From contig MCFE01000792.1 of NCBI GenBank assembly GCA_002104905.1, forward strand, positions 1 through 36,060: a DNA stretch of 36,060 nucleotides, written 5' to 3'. Positions 34,329 to 36,060 of this stretch are shown piece by piece (the first letter of the stretch is position 1; each line of letters begins with the position of its first letter). Below the pieces are notes generated by a model. That model saw only the letters and a list, made by a program, of their open reading frames with translations. It had not been told where the DNA came from and searched no databases. The translations under genes and the position numbers were made by a program. The stretch comes from Basidiobolus meristosporus CBS 931.73 (taxonomy: Eukaryota > Fungi > Basidiobolomycota).

Positions 34329-35476
34329 TGTTGAATCAAGTCAATAGATAATACTACCTAATGAGTGAAAGAGTGCAAGAAAAGAAAAAGGTCGACAACA
34401 GCTTATTAAAAGTGGAACAATTTATGCATTTCCAAATCAGGTACCGTGTGTTGCCGCGGGAGTACTTCGTCATCACACCCTATTTGTTGATCACGCCAAT
34501 ATTCCTTGGAGATATTCGTGGCTCAACTACCCAAAAATGCAGTATCGTGATCGCTTTTGTATACCTGTATGAGGTGTAGCCACTCATACCTAGTGGAAAT
34601 ACCAAGCAATACCCGTCAATTGACACCTTGGACAGTGTCATATGCAGCTGTAAGACTCCAATCCTTACCTTCTGCAAATGCCTTCAAACATAGGTCAATC
34701 CAGCCTGATTGGTGTATCCAAGGAACGATAAAATATGTACTAGCTTTAAGAAGCATATCTAAGTGATCTGGGGTCTAATAATATCCATACGAAGTTAAGT
34801 AGTCCATCTGGTTGTTATCCAACTAGGCACGCGCCACCAGTCTGCGTTGCAATGACCAATTGTGAGGGCACGAAATATGTTTAGTCTATCACAGTAACAG
34901 AGGTGGAACCAAATTCGCCCATCTACGGCTTGGCGTAAAGAAAATTCCAGGTGTCCTCCAGCCAATTACGGATCTTTGCTCCGAGAATCCTATTTCGCGA
35001 CTCGTTGCTAAATAAATCGACCTAAATGTCTCGTATTTAAAATATGACGAACGTTCCCAATTAGCCATCGTTTAGTGAGCGGATTCAGTAAATTCGGATA
35101 ATTATTTTATCTGGATGCATTCCATGATCTACGAACCCTAAGACTCCTTCCATATATAGATGATTATCATGCGGATTTGTATCAGGATTCAGTCCAATCA
35201 ACCGCGCGTGTTTGGAGAACTATTTTATTAGACAGCCCTCTCACTATTCTTTACGTGCGATATTCATCGACAATGACAGAGGAAATATAATGAATAGCCT
35301 AGTCATATTGATTGTTAACGTGTTAAAATAAACCAATTAAATGTAAACAAACTTTAGGAATGAATAATTGGATAATTCCCGCCCTGCGGTAAAGAAAAAA
35401 AATTCGGCTACAATGAATTTCATTAATTTGTTACGTTGGCAGACTTGACGTCTTGACTATACCTCGCTCAGTTGAA

Positions 35477-36060
35477 ATGTCTGTTCCTGGACCGGATCAA
35501 CAACGCCCGGATTGGGCTATGTCTGAGGAGCACATCCTCGAAGAAATGAATAAAATCCCACTCTTATGAATGATTTACCAGAGGATTCGGAGGAGAATGC
35601 TACTTTGCTAGCTTTACAGTCCCTTGCTTATGACGGAACTGCAGAAGGTATATATCGATGATTTTACCGTGTCGTCAAATGGTAGACTAACCCGGAAATC
35701 GCTCTCAGAGGTTGCTGAAAATTTCAAAAACCAAGGAAATGATTGTTTCAAAGAGGAAAACACAAATATCAAGATGCCATTAAATTCTATACCCAGGCAT
35801 TGGAAACCGATTGTGGGGACAAAGAGCTTATGGCTACATGTTATACCAACCGTCCGCTTCAATTTGGCACTTGGTAAGTATTCACAGCTATTAATGGTTG
35901 GAATGGAGTATTGATTTGTTTGTTTGGTACTAGAGAATGACGGCGTGTTTGAATGATTGTGCTGCTGCACTGGCATCAACCCCCGTAACCGTGAAAGCCC
36001 TCTATCGCTCCGCCAGAGCCCTATGTGCTTTAGAGAAGTATTTGGAAGCCATCGATTGTT
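35477..36060 (+). CDS. CNS1: CNS1/TTC4 TPR co-chaperone, 5' part, with several apparent 1-nt indels; exons ~35477-35647, 35709-35873, 35934->36060
   Basis: EEMNKIPL(F)MNDLPE..LLALQSLAYDGTAE|EVAENFKNQGNDCFKE(G)KHKYQDAIKFYTQAL..CYTNR..NLALG|..LNDCAAAL..KALYRSARALCALEKYLEAIDC recovered only by switching frames. Confidence 0.85.

Noticed and set aside
34330-35476. Long intergenic region between tricalbin and CNS1 as a possible ncRNA or tRNA site
   Set aside because: No tRNA A/B boxes, rRNA-like sequence or convincing structure seen; the short ORFs lack motifs.

Overview
Eukaryotic, intron-containing DNA that looks fungal (short GT-AG introns with CTAAC-type branch points). The species cannot be assigned from the window. 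It has two sharply different halves. (1) 1-~23975 is a CpG-depleted island of nested transposons: Ty1/Copia remnants and three related Copia LTRs, an old truncated Ty3/Gypsy chromovirus, two sister CACTA/EnSpm-like DNA transposons with CCCTA-type ends (one inserted in inverted orientation into the other), a MITE, and a very young near-intact chromovirus (17584-23484, 521-bp LTRs, AATTT TSD). The young element shows a Tf1-like self-priming site, a G GGA AAC -1 frameshift signal and a predicted pseudoknot. (2) ~23976-36060 is a compact CpG-rich host gene block: COA6 (lacking its inner cysteine pair), a SIW14/OCA-family phosphatase, DBF4, mitochondrial bL27 (MRP7), a six-C2 tricalbin with a 7x11-mer Gly/Val repeat, and the start of CNS1/TTC4, which carries many 1-nt indels that are probably sequence errors. 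I saw no rRNA, tRNA or CRISPR array. All alignments and exon structures were made by eye and need computational confirmation.
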